Translations under genes and position numbers: made by a program
Assembly: GCA_036172245.1 (NCBI GenBank)
Contig: JAYWIR010000009.1
Coordinates: 682,001-746,000 of the forward strand
Direction of reading: 5' to 3'
From: Raillietiella orientalis
Lineage: Eukaryota
Length of the DNA stretch: 64,000 bases
In this document: positions 24,950 through 36,828 of the stretch, piece by piece
Layout of the letters: each line of letters starts with the position of its first letter
How positions within the stretch are numbered: position 1 is the stretch's first letter
Notes under the pieces: generated by a model
What the model was told of the DNA's origin: nothing
The model's input: the letters and a program-made list of their open reading frames with translations, nothing else
Databases searched by the model: none

Positions 24950-25740
24950 CCCTCCGACTCTTTTTCTGCGGACCGTTCCCTTGGTCTCGATATCGAGGAT
25001 CAGCAGTGTTCAGTGTATTCCTTCGGCTGGCCCACGGGCTCAAGGTGGCCCCCTGGTCGTTATCGTGACGCTGGACACAGTGTCTTCCTCGCGTCTGCGA
25101 AGCTCCTCGCGCTCTACGTTGACCAGGAAGGCTTCGGCTCGAGCGTCTTCCTCACTGTGTCCGGGGAGACCGGGGAAGGCACGTCTGAAGATGACGCGCG
25201 CGAGCAGACACCCCACCCCCAGGAGCAGGAGGAAGAGTGGCAGCAGCTTCCTCGTTCCGACGGAGGACGCCGCTGTCTCGCAAGGGTCCTCCCCCTTGTG
25301 GCAGGAAACTGCCGTCCGGAAGAAGCGGCGACGCTCCACCGCCAGCCGCGGGATTCTCCGGGACCTTTCCAGCTCCAGCTTTTCCCTCACCGTCACAGAG
25401 GATCTCCCACCGGGAAGGTACGACGTCCTCCTGGAAGAGTACCGCGCCAGGCGGGGCGGCGACGATCGACTCGCGGCTTCCTCCGCGTCCTCGTCCAGCG
25501 ATTCGCTTGATCCGCAACGGAAGCCCAGCAGGTCGTCTCGCAGCAGCTTGAGGCGCGACCCCGCCATGCTGCGCGGGCAGTCTGCTCCGCCCATCGCGAC
25601 CTCGCAGTCCATCACTAGCCGGAAGACACACACCCCTTTCTTCTGCAGGACTGCGAGCAGGAGCTTTGGGGAATTGTCCTCTCCTCCTCCTTCGCGAAGA
25701 GAAAAACGGCCGGGGGGGAGGGGGGCAGAAGAGGCCAAAA
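24950..25740 (-). mobile_element. Decayed non-LTR reverse-transcriptase fragment
   Basis: In ORF 25040..25738: GADCPRS (resembles QGCPLS), LLRDDLLGF..SSESL (resembles LAYADDLVL..S.E.L) and KGEDPCETAASSVG (resembles GExYxYLGVPIG), in the expected order. Confidence 0.45.
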
Positions 25741-26188
25741 CAAGAAGCTGGATGGTGCTTTCGGGAAGAAAGAGTTCGAGAAAAAAGTGCGGTGTGGTAG
25801 TGGTGAGAGGAGGCGGTCGCCACGGAAACCTGTTTTTCTAAAAGTGTGCCGATCGCACGCACAGTCTGGAATAATCTTAGGAGCAATCGTTATTTGAGCG
25901 CGTGCCGTTATAACGACCACTATGCTGCTCGTCGTAACGAACATAATTGTCGTTATAGCTCCAGGGAGAGAAACAGAATGGATTAATTGATGAGACACAT
26001 GCAGAATGTTGCATCAATACGTGAACGAACAGAATAAGCACCAAAAAACGTGAATATGCTATCGAAGAACGCAAACATCTCATCAGAGAACGCAATGCAC
26101 AGTCAAGTTGTGTAAATTACCTATTTCTAGTCTCGTTTATACGCGCGCGCACACACACAATGAGTCAATTTTATAATAACTATGCAAA

Positions 26189-26556
26189 TTAGTCCTTGGT
26201 GACCTTGAGGATATGCTTCGGTGTTCAATTTCTATACACGGGGTGCACTGGGGATGCTGACGGAGCAATCGACGGGAGACTTAGTCCTTGGTGACCTTGA
26301 GGATATGCTTCGGTGTTCAATTTCTATACACGGGGTGCACTGGGGATGCTGACGGAGCAATCGACGGGAGACTTAGTCCTTGGTGACCTTGAGGATATGC
26401 TTCGGTGTTCAATTTCTATACACGGGGTGCACTGGGGATGCTGACGGAGCAGTCGACGGGAGACTTAGTCCTTGGTGACCTTGAGGATATGCTTCGGTGT
26501 TCAATTTCTATACACGGGGTGCACTGGGGATGCTGACGGAGCAATCGACGGGAGAC
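26189..26556. repeat. Tandem array of exactly four 92-bp units
   Basis: Units start at 26189, 26281, 26373 and 26465; identical except A>G at 26452. Confidence 0.98.
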
Positions 26557-26809
26557 ACGGGAATACGAAACGCGCGTACCACAAAGCAGTGGTACTCGAC
26601 CTTTTTTCTTCTGGGGCCACAAACATAAGTTTGCAACATTATGTATAGTGCGTTACATATTAATATAATACAAAAAAATCATACTTTAATATATTGTAGT
26701 TTATAATTAATTAAATTAACAACTTTAAAGACAATATATATTTTTTTATATCCATGTATTTTATGCAAAAAAAACTGAAGAATATGGATGTGAAGAAGTA
26801 CTTTTTTAT

Positions 26810-27330
26810 CTGTGGTGAGTTAAGCACAGAGCGCAACCTTCCCGCGTACACTAACACTCCCAATTGCAAGAAACGAGATTGTACTCGACAACTTGATTGC
26901 ACGGAACCACGAAACAACCCGCGAGAGGCGCTGCGCGCGTGGGTGCCCACCGCCCATGGATTCGCCTTCTATGAAAACTTTTGCCCGATCATCAGAAGTT
27001 GGAAAAAATACTCATTGGCCGTGAGGGGCTACATGGAAGCTTGGCGGGTCGCGCGCGGCCCAAGGGGCGTAGGTTGGTCACTGCCGCCATAAAGCAAAAA
27101 TAGTAAAGAAAAATATCGAGTTCTAATCCACAGCAGCCAACCAGTCAGGCAAAACTGCCATCATGCAAGTATTCATCGTGGGGGCCTTAGGATCGTGGGA
27201 TCCCAAGAACGACACCGTGCCACGACTACCAGGAATGAAGGAGAACAACGGAAAAAAGTTGAGAAAGCTGCGTGCATCCTGCTGCATTAGGGCAAGCAGG
27301 GATGACGCCTACTGGACCCACGGACTGGGT
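26810..27330 (+). mobile_element. 3' end (restriction-like endonuclease region) of an R2/NeSL/Utopia-type non-LTR retrotransposon, disrupted
   Basis: VFIVGALGSWDPKND..L.....G..LRKL....CIRASRD.YWTH is the typical C-terminal motif of NeSL/Utopia-like elements; preceded by EAWRVAR and KEKY remnants in other frames. Confidence 0.8.
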
Positions 27331-28289
27331 CATCCACCCGACCATGCGAGAGACCCCATCAGTTGTACTTCAGAATGCGTTCGTGAGTTTGTTTTGTACA
27401 GAAATGAAGTGGATGGAAGGAAAGCAAAACAAGCGTTCGTCTCGCTCGAACTTTTTGCGTGCAGCGGAGTGCAAAACTTTCCTACGGGGGTGCGAGCATT
27501 CAGAGAGGCCCAGCAGTGCAGAAAAAATGGACATCAGATTGGGACTTTTATTATTCCGAGGCTATCGCGAACAGCTCTTGCATGTGATTTCTTGGCTATT
27601 TTTTTCAAGGGTCTTTACGAATTTTCAAGCACTGAATCGGCGACGTGGAATTTTTTTTTTTTTTTTCTCCTTCTCTTGTTCGCCAGCAGCTGCAGGGAGA
27701 CCATGAAGAGGTTGCACCAGCGCGTGCGTTGTCTCGGAAACAGATGTGACGCTTCATGTGCAGCCTTGGTGAGGCACGAGCTGTGGCAAAACACCACGCA
27801 GTCGGGGCCGATAGGTTCTTGGAGCGAACCCTTTACGGCCGCGGCTGGTCACGCCATGAACGGGCGCGCAGCGGGACCGTGTACCACACGTACCTTTCTC
27901 AAATGGTACGCACGCGTGCGTGTTCTGCTGCCGCCGCCGAGAGAAGCCGTTTCGCGCAACCCGTGTTCTCGCCACCTTTCGAAACTTCGAGGTGGACGCG
28001 AAGGAGGGTGGTGGCTTCGGACGCAGCTCCACCGACGGTTCCAGGAGGCTCGCGGAGGGGGAACCACACGAATCGTGCAGGCATTTTCCAGGGGAGAGCG
28101 CGCAGTTCCCTGCCGGGAGGAAAGGGTCCGTGAAAGACGACGGCGAAAAAGCAGCGGCCGCCCGGTGACAACGATAACCGACGGTGTGACTTCGCCGCGG
28201 GTGCTTCGCGAAGAGGACCGATTCGGCTGACCTCTCCGATGACGGGGGGGGGAGGGGGGCTCTCGGCATACCGAGAGCTGCGGCGCTAC

Positions 28290-29290
28290 GCATTTTGCAC
28301 GCGGAGTTAAAGAAATACCAACACCGCGCGCGCGATTCGTCCCGGCAGTCCCTGGACGTCACGAGAGCAAAGAGATACGCGAGTTTTTGTCTCGCAGGAA
28401 CAGATCTCGACATTGGATCATCTCCCTGCCCTCCGGATTTGCCTCCCGCTCTCCCGAATGGAATTGCAGCTGAAAGGGACCCCATTGGACACCATTGATG
28501 ACATTGAGATAACTTTGACGAAGTCGTTTGCAGGAGATCCTCGCAAACGACCGCACCAGTGCCATGCGGAAGTTGAAATCCCGCTCCAAGCCGTGTGCAG
28601 TGTCAGATGGATCCTTTTTTGAATAAATAAAATGTAAGCAAAAATTATTCCGTGCTCTGTTTTTAATTTTTAATGGATACATACTCTTGGACCGCACTGT
28701 GCAAACCTGAATACCACAAACAGTGGATAAATAAGCCGGGAGACTGGACTTGATGGCAGCGACTACCCTTAGGACGGTTTCCTTAGCGACAGTCGATCTG
28801 CAGGATGCGTTTCCTTCCATCTCTGCATGTCGTTCTTCTCGCTATTTAGCTGTACGTCGGTTCCTCACTGAGAAGCACCCACTCCAATTGAGATACGTTC
28901 ACAACCGAGGAGCTGCGATGGACCCGCGCAGTTGCGACTTCCTGCTGAAATGAAATTCAATCTCGGCCCTTGTCTGTTGAGGAGGGCGGTTGGAACGTTG
29001 GAACCTCGAAGAAGCGCAAATCGTCCCGTGGCGCTGTTGTGCAATTCGACGGTTCGCCGAGGGGAGGGTGTGCAGCGGGAGGTGTGTCCAGGCGAGGGGG
29101 GCGGCTTTTCGAAGCCAGGAGGTCACGCCACGAACAGGGACGTCTGTGTTTGGCGTGCGCAGTGAGCCCCACCAGCCGAGATCGGACCCATCATGGGCAG
29201 GGAGCAGCGTTGGAAGAGAGGTGGTGGTAAATCGGCGGTGGTGTTGCCAAGGCGAAGTGACATGAAGTGAGATTCGACGTGCAAGAGTAG
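28290..29290 (+). mobile_element. Decayed non-LTR reverse-transcriptase fragment
   Basis: SLATVDLQDAFPSIS (~28780, resembles LDLxxAFDSVSH), RGEGVQREVCP (resembles RGVRQGCP) and CLACAVS (~29150, resembles CLAYADD). Confidence 0.6.
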
Positions 29291-29900
29291 AACATCAATG
29301 AATAAATGAGATGTTGATGCGGTGCGCAGCAATGGCGCTGCAATTGGATTTCATCCATAGGCGATGCGCTGGCAAATCAACGTTTCCAGAAAATGCTTTC
29401 CAGAAATCGTAGGATTGGGGGTAAGATCTCCAGGAGGGGTAGATAAGCAGCAGCCCAGACAGGCGAGAGGATTGCAGGAAACTGGGCTTCGAAAGGTTAA
29501 AGGTCAATTCGAAAGTTGTTGCAGGTGTGATTAATGAGAACTTGTGCGAGAGACCATTGAGGTTCGTAAAAAGAGGAAAATCGAAAATGTTAGGAGTAGG
29601 AGGAAGCGGTAAAGGGACGTGGGAAAAGTTTTCTCAGAGAGCTTCCCAAAGACGTCTTCATAGGATCCACAAAGGGGATGAGCAAACAGTCGCGTGCCAT
29701 AGCAGCGTGACGGTTAGCCTTTTGATTGGTTGCACGAACGAGAGGTCGAGTCGGACGTTGCTGGTCGTCTTGTTCCCCGAGGCGCACTGTTGCCGTGGAA
29801 AACCCGTGGCGAGTCCGAAGGCCGTGACGCACTTCTCCTCGGTTGCCGGAGCAGCAGCGAACAAACGGAGAAATGCCCTCTGATGCGGATGAGCGAATCT
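29290..29900 (-). mobile_element. Decayed non-LTR reverse-transcriptase fragment, convergent with the preceding one
   Basis: SLGSSLRKLF (resembles I.LxSxxYKLF) followed by YDFWKAFSGNV...LW (resembles LDFxKAFDxV..LW). Confidence 0.5.
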
Positions 29901-32900
29901 TCCGGAGATGGCCTAAGAAGTGGCGCCATCCGAAAATGCAGTAAAAGATTTGCCGAAGAAAACCTGATCTATTGCGGAAGGTTCCAACTTCGGTGCTGAA
30001 GTTGCAGTCTGCTTGACTGATTATTTCACACAAGTCGAGTTTAGACGAGCTCCGGCCATTCTTGCAAATGTAAGCTTCTTCTTCATCTTCATTATTATCT
30101 TCTTCTTCTCCTTTTTTTTTCTGGTACGATTATGCAGTAGGTCCGAACGAATGTGAAATGCCATGCTGACAGTACAGGGGTTGTCTGGGATGCTGATAGC
30201 GCCGTCCAGGATAGCTGGCTTTGGTTAAGAGAACAATTCTAGATCGGGTGCAGTGGCGTAGGCTCCCTAACTAGGCCAATGACCCATTGCTGCAAACTCG
30301 GCGAATGGTCCTCGAAGCAGAACGGAAGCATCCCTTTATCCCAGAGCAGCAGCAGAGCAGCAGCGCTCCTTCCCAGAGCAGCTGCTCGTGGACACTCGGG
30401 CCTTTCAGACCCCCGGATTGCAAGAAGATCTAAGCCTCCGCGTCCCCATGAGAAGTCTGGGAGGGGAAGGGCAATGAAGGAGAGGCTCCTACGAGGTCTC
30501 CTGGCCTTCTCCAACCCGCCCGCGGCGCAAGCGATCTCTAACTGATCTCCCAGGAGTTGACGGAAGCCCAGGTAGGAGAGGCTATCCAACAAAGACCCTG
30601 CCCAGACCTCCGGGGCGCGAGTGATCCCTGAAAGAAACGCCACGGGGGAGGGAGAAGGAGGAAAGCAGGCAGGGGTCACGGAAGGTGCGGGACACCCACC
30701 CCCTTCGTGCCTTCATCACCTCCCCCTCCTGTGAATCCTGGAGGGATGGAGCTTCTCTCCATCGGGATCGGTGGTCTGTCCCGGAAGCTGGCTGCAATTC
30801 CATTCGCCGGGGCCACCGGTCGACCCCTCCCTCAAGAGCGGCTTCGAGTGCTTCCGTCCTGGCAGGTTTCCGCGGCGACCGAGGCGGAGGGATCACCCCA
30901 AGTCTACCCGCCGTTCTCCAGGTCACCATCGCGCTGCCCTTGCTCAGCAGTGGGCGATGAGCCTCGTCCTTCCCTGAGTCGGCTATGCTTTTCGGGCTGA
31001 TGCCCAGGGCGCAGCGACCCCGCTATCCGAAAGATAACGAGGACCAGTTCTCTTTCGACCTTCGCCCTGTAAAGTCTGGGCTTGTCCTCCCCTCAGTTAC
31101 GCCTCTTCCCTGAGAAGGCGTGCACGAAGGGTCGCGAACGAAGACAGAAGGATGGTCAGCGACCGCCCTGGGAGGTCGGCCAGAAAGAAGAGGCGTCAGT
31201 CTTCCTCTTCCTTCCTCTCCTCAGGACCTCGAGGGGCCACGTCCCTTTGCGATACGTCGCTAGAGGCGGTAAGGAAGAGTTCCGTGTCATCGGGGAGGGT
31301 AGACGGAGCAGTGACCTGAGACTTCCCTGCGCTCCCACCCTTCCCATCCCACTGGAGGGGAGGGATCGCCAGCTCCTCTGCTTGCGAGGCTGCTGTTGCT
31401 CCTTCTGGCCCCACCCGCGCCGCCCTCGTTGCTGCTGTCATCTGCTGGGGAGCCCCTCTGTCCCTTCCTTATCCTCCTGCCTGCATCCCGAGGATTCGCT
31501 CTCTCTCTCCTGGCTGCTGCCTCCGCCACCGGCGGCGGCGGGAACCTCGGCAGCTCCCTGGGTGGGAGGAGGCTCGTCCTCCCTCCTCACTTCCGGCAGA
31601 GCGACCGACTTTTGCCTGCATCCAGGGGGCGAGCTCGGCGTTGCCTCGGAGCGTCCCCCATCCGAAGCGGATGAGCGAGGCGGAAGCGCCGAGATGCTGG
31701 ATCCGGTCCGTCGGACCCACCCGCTTCTCCAGAACGGTGCATCCAGCAGGTGCTCCTTCCGGTTCCAGTGACGGAGGACGCAGCCGAAGAGTCTTGGCGA
31801 GAGCCCGCCTGCGGCCTGCTGCTGCTGCGTGGGGAGTCGCCAAGGCTCCATGATGACTGGCAGGATAAGCAAGTTGCGGGACAATTAAGTTCCGGAGGGG
31901 CTGGTGTCCTCGGACGGTGGGAAAGACCCTCGCCGATCTTACCCAAGACCAAAAGGGAGCCAGAGGAAGGTGTGGCGACGGCAGCGGACTGGGACGCTGA
32001 ACGCGTTGCTGCTTCCGTATCCCCGGCAGACTCAGAGGCGAACAGCTGCATACTCAGCCCCCCGGCCGTTATGAATGTGTGTGTGTGTGTGTGTGTTTTC
32101 CACCATGAATGTCTGGTTCTTTAACGGGAGGCGCCTCTTTCCCCTGTCCATTAGAATTATTAATGCAGCCATGCGCTGAAAGGAAAAGAATGGCTGCGGA
32201 AAAACCGGTCGCGAAAAATCTTCATGGGCGTGATTATTTTTAGCTCTCTGCATCCCATCTAACCGATTTTATTTTTCCATTGTGAAAAGGCTTACTCGTC
32301 CCTCGATAAATCACCACAGAAACGACGCTTGCGAAGAATTTTATTCCAGTAGGTGTTGCTGAGGATCCTGAGAGAAAAATATCGGCAAAAAATGAAAAGG
32401 ACGTTCCTTGGTACTCAATCAGCGAATCTCCATTTGTTATGCCGCACGGCAACCCACGTGGCACCAACTAGGTCCAGTCTCGTCAACCATTTCACCGTTT
32501 CTCCCTTTCCTTTTCTTTTTTTCTCACCTTCTGAGCTCCCTCGAGGCTTCCTTGGAATATGCAGTGCTTTGTATGGGTCATGCTCATAAAGAGTAGAGAG
32601 ACACCCCATTCTGACGGAAGCCATTATTTGCATCCTTGACGGAGCTCCCATCCCATCTTGCCGCTTGCTTTATCAGCTGGACATACTATGAATAAATGTG
32701 CGTTTCTACGAGTTTTTTTTTTTTTTTTTTTAAATAAAAAATACAGGTGTTTCCATAACCATTGGTGATTGCACACCATAGGCTTGCAATCATCTTTAAC
32801 CCCCGCTGCCTCTTCACTTCACAACTCAATATGCCTTAAATCGAGTAAAACCAAAAAAAAAAATGAAAACGCAAATTCGTAACCTTCTAAATGTGAACAA

Positions 32901-34499
32901 TGGCTTTGAATTCAGAAGCACTTTTGAAACTCGATCACCCAATTAAGAGAAGCTGACTTTAGATTATTACTCAGTACCAGCAAAAGAAACGCTGAGCTTA
33001 CATAAATAAATTGTTCACTCATCCTCATGGCTTATGTGAGTTTCCGGTGCGTGCTCGTTCGAGCAGAGTGGTTTCAAATAAGTTTGGCTGAATTTCTTAT
33101 GGATTTGCATCATCAAGTGCAGATATTGCGTGATTTTGCGATTTTCTTACCCTTTCTTTATGTTTATTGCCAAGGCACTGGATGGTGATGATTGCTGATT
33201 TTCCATCATCATTTCATACGCACCTCCTGAAAAATTTACCGCATTGAATTGAGTTTGAGCTCTATGGCTGGCACTAAAGAAACGAACAATCTTTAGAATA
33301 ATTGATCCTGATTCCCAAGCTTCCCAAGGCTTTCGCTAAGGATTGATTGCTTGCTTCATGCTCTTATAATCTAACGAATTCTAGTCCACATTACACCCTG
33401 CTCCATAGCTAAGTGTTCGTTTTGCTACAACATAATTGCTCTTAATGCGAATTGATATACATCTTTTCCGATACCGAGGACGAGTGTTTCCGAAGCCATG
33501 CGATGTCGCCATTTCCACGAGCTGCATGTGTAGTTTATGGATATTAATTTATCTAGCTACATCTGACACATATCCTTACCCTTAACAGCTGAAGAAGAGT
33601 TTGCCTGTCTAATAAATTTTAGATTTGAAACGGACGTTGTTTTTATCATTTACAAGAGTGAAGGCTTCATGCAAAATGAATTTTAAAAGAACATAAACCC
33701 CGATTATTGCTGGTATCATCCTCAGCGTTTCTTGGAACTCGAGCTTCTTACCGAAGAACTCTCATTTTTGAGAAAGGGTAGTGAACATCTATCCACATTT
33801 AAAATCACCGTACGTTTAAGAGCACTCTTGCTCCCCGTACACACACCTCATGTTCCTGCAAAGCACGTAGTTCACGTTTCAGTGCAGAACTTGCCCAAAT
33901 GTGAGTGTGCTTATTTTATGTGAGCTGGAAAACTCAGCATTTGTGTTTTTAAATGGTGGAAAAACACGGACTTGTTGCTCTCCGCACCTGTTGTTACCGT
34001 TCTCGTGTCGGCGGCATTCCCTGTTGGATTCGGCATGCAGTTCGGTTTCGGTTTCGGGAACACTGAGCTCCAAACATTAGTTCGACGGACACGCGTGTCC
34101 GCGGAAGGCTTCCACGTTATGTGAGGAATGCAGAGGTGGAGGCACTGCTTTCGGCATCCTTTCGCGTCCTTGGAGCGGAACCTCGGTGCGCCGAAAGTTT
34201 CCGGTTTCTCCAGGAAAGCCGAAGCGCGGAGGAACGAAATCGAAAAGGAAGCCGAAAAAAACAAAAAAAAAAGAAACCTTTATTTGCATTTTCGCTTCCA
34301 TTGGGCTCATCATCAGCGTCTTTTGCTTTTCTCTTTCGTTTCACGGCGATTCCTCAGCTTTTACCTGAATTCGCAACACGCGGTCTGCCCATTTTTCCCG
34401 ACAAAAGAGGGCCGGCCCACTTTTGTGTTCCCTTGGTATGGCACGGAAAGCAGCTCTCCTCGGAAAAGGCAAAAAAAAAAAAAAAAAAAAAAAGGAAAA

Positions 34500-35150
34500 T
34501 GTTTGCGATGCGGGCGGCGTTTCATGCCTCGAGCGCCTCGGGCACGCTCCTTTCACGGCTTCGTTTTTGTGGGGAAGTCTGCAGAAGGAGACTCGCCGTC
34601 AACGCATTCCTTCGTCGAAGCCCCCTGGAAATGTTAGGGGCCACACAATACGGCCACTGTGCAAAACGGGCACGCTTCCTGACCCTGCTCTCACGACAGC
34701 ACCCACGTCTTCTTGTGTACGAGCCACCCCTTCTCTTCCTGTCTGCCACTTCCGTCGTAGGCGCTGTCCACACGGAAGAGACACCCTCGACGTGCACTCG
34801 ACAGCAATCGGAGTTGTTAAACCCCAAGCACTTTAATTAGCGTGGCTCCATATCCGATGCGGCTAAGAAGAGGAGAGAGAGAGAGAGAATGAAAAGAATG
34901 CCTCTCTCGTCTTCTGCTCGAGAAATGGCATCCTCCGTGTCATGCATGCTATCTGGGAGGAGCATCTGACCGGTGGCTCGGAAATTCTTGCCAGCACCAA
35001 GGTGGGGTGCACCACGCAGGAGTTCGTCTCCCGTCGCTCTGGTGGCGGTGTTTTAGGATGTGAAGGGATACACGTTTGCGGTGTTCGGTGCCCACTGGAT
35101 CATTGCTTTCGGCAGGTAATTAACCGATGCCACCTGACATTGCGATAACA
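34500..35150 (-). mobile_element. Probable decayed RT fragment
   Basis: TEDAISRAED (resembles YADDLVLLAE), GFNNSDCCRVHV (resembles GLxFNxxKCxxLHI) and RFAQW (resembles LAPWQ), in order. Confidence 0.35.
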
Positions 35151-35407
35151 TGCGGCGGATGGTGGTGCACTTATAGCTTTGGGGCATCTTGCAAATCTGG
35201 GAAAAATACGTGGGAGCATATCTCCATCTGCTATTTTCCTTGATTGTCACGGAAACTGCACGGGGAACGTGACCGGGTGAATTTAAATGCGGATCTTTGC
35301 CGGAGAAACGGAGCAGTGAAGTGTGTGAACAAAATGTTTTTCAATGTGTAACCCTCAATGCATTGTCATCGGTATTCTCAGTAGTAAAGTCAGCTGGCAA
35401 TTTTAGC

Positions 35408-36823
35408 ATGAACATTGAAGTGGTGATCGAAAAGTGCCTGCATGGGAAAGCAGTTGCAGAAAACGACATTTGTGATTTTAGCCTGGCCAACCAAAATGAA
35501 GAAACATGTAAGTTTTACATAATTCAGAGATGTGCTTCAAAGAGTTGGTATGTGTCTGTTTCAAAAGAATACTTAGTACATCGAAAATTTTCAGAATGAT
35601 GTGTTCTTTTGATGAGTGTGCAAAAAAAGTTAAGCTGTGTACAAGTGTAATTTCAGTAAGGTGCAGATTCAGCATCTTCCATAATGACAATTAATCAGCA
35701 GCAATGGATTTTCAGACAGCCAAGTGACATAATCTGCATCTTGTCTTTACAGCTGCAAAGAGAACCTCTAATGTTCAACCTCCAACCTATGTTCCTGTAC
35801 TTTGGGAATCTGTGATCTATGTAGTGACTGCTGTCTTAATTAATGACAATGATGAAGTGTTGATGATACAGGAAGCACATAGTGATTATGCTGGCCAGTG
35901 GTATCTGCCAGCAGGCAAGATGGTTCCTGGAGAACACATAACTGAAGCAGTGCAACGTGAAGTTTTGGTAGAGACCGGATTGCACTTTAAGCCCACTACT
36001 CTGATGGTGGTGCAGGGAACATCGTCTTCTTGGTATAGGTTTGTGATGACAGGAGATATTACAGGTGTGTGTGTTCTGGTGTGCAGGTGAATTGAAATTT
36101 CATGTGTAGGAGGCAAGTTGAAAACACCTGCAGATGCCAATGCAGAATCATTACAGGCCAAGTGGATTAAGAACCTGGGTGAGCTGGTGCTGCGTTCAAA
36201 TGACATCATACTTTTAGTGAACAAGGCACGAGCATACAAAAAGGAAAAGTGAGATCAATATAATGTAAGGAAAATGACACTTGTTCCAGAACTAGCTGTT
36301 GGCATCCAGAGGTATTGCCTAGTGTTGAAATAGCTCATAAAAAGCTCCTTTTGCGTTGTATCATTTGTGCAAGGAAACGTACCAAGTAGGGGACCAAAGT
36401 TTTGAAAAATGCTAGCTAGAATTTGCCTTGCAGCCAGTTGTGTGTGCTAGTGGCTGAGCGAACTGAGCACCACCTTCCTAGATGTGAGCTAGGACCAACT
36501 AGAAGTTTATATTCCACTTTAAGAAAATTCATGACTGTAAGTGCAAAAGTATTTTTTTTTTTTAGCATGAGACTATTGTTGTCCAGAAATTGTTTGGAGA
36601 TGAGCTGCCTTCTCACCGTCCCCATGGGCTCCTGTCCGTGGAACATAATGGCCATGCTGGGGATGATGGGTTCTGTCTAACTTTACTTGTATCTGTGAGG
36701 GACCCCATTGAACACTTGCAGCTTTTACCCAAGTACAGCTGGGTGGAAGCCAGTCCACTGTTAAGCACGCAGTTACTAAACCGTTTGGCCAAAAACATGA
36801 CAATAACTTTCAGTAACCTTTAA
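35408..36823 (+). CDS. NUDT18: Nudix hydrolase, NUDT18-like (8-oxo-dGDP phosphatase family), 6 exons
   Basis: MNIEVV..ICDFSLANQN; YVPVL..VIYVVTAVLINDNDEVLMIQEA..AGQWYLPAGKMVPGEHITEAVQREVLVETGL (Nudix box); WYRFVMTGDITGGKLKTPADANAESLQAKW; HRPHGLLSVEHNG..DGFCLTLLVS; stop TAA at 36821-36823. Confidence 0.92.
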
Positions 36824-36828
36824 TGCAA

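Noticed and set aside
26189..26556. 92-bp array as a CRISPR array or tandem hammerhead ribozyme
   Set aside because: No unique spacers, no cas genes and a eukaryotic context. CTGACGGA does not fit CUGANGA and no GAAA follows on that strand.
26189..26556. Reverse complement resembling the U2 snRNA 3' end (TTGCTCCGTC, GTGCACCCC)
   Set aside because: Only two short patches; no U2 5' stem, branch-site-pairing region or Sm site.
27163..28230. 355-aa ORF as an intact protein
   Set aside because: Only the first ~55 aa match an RLE C-terminus; the rest runs through a poly-T tract and unrelated sequence.
32746..32835. SLWCAITNGYGNT as a potassium-channel pore
   Set aside because: No TxxTxGYG signature, no flanking transmembrane exons, and the frame stops in the next candidate exon.
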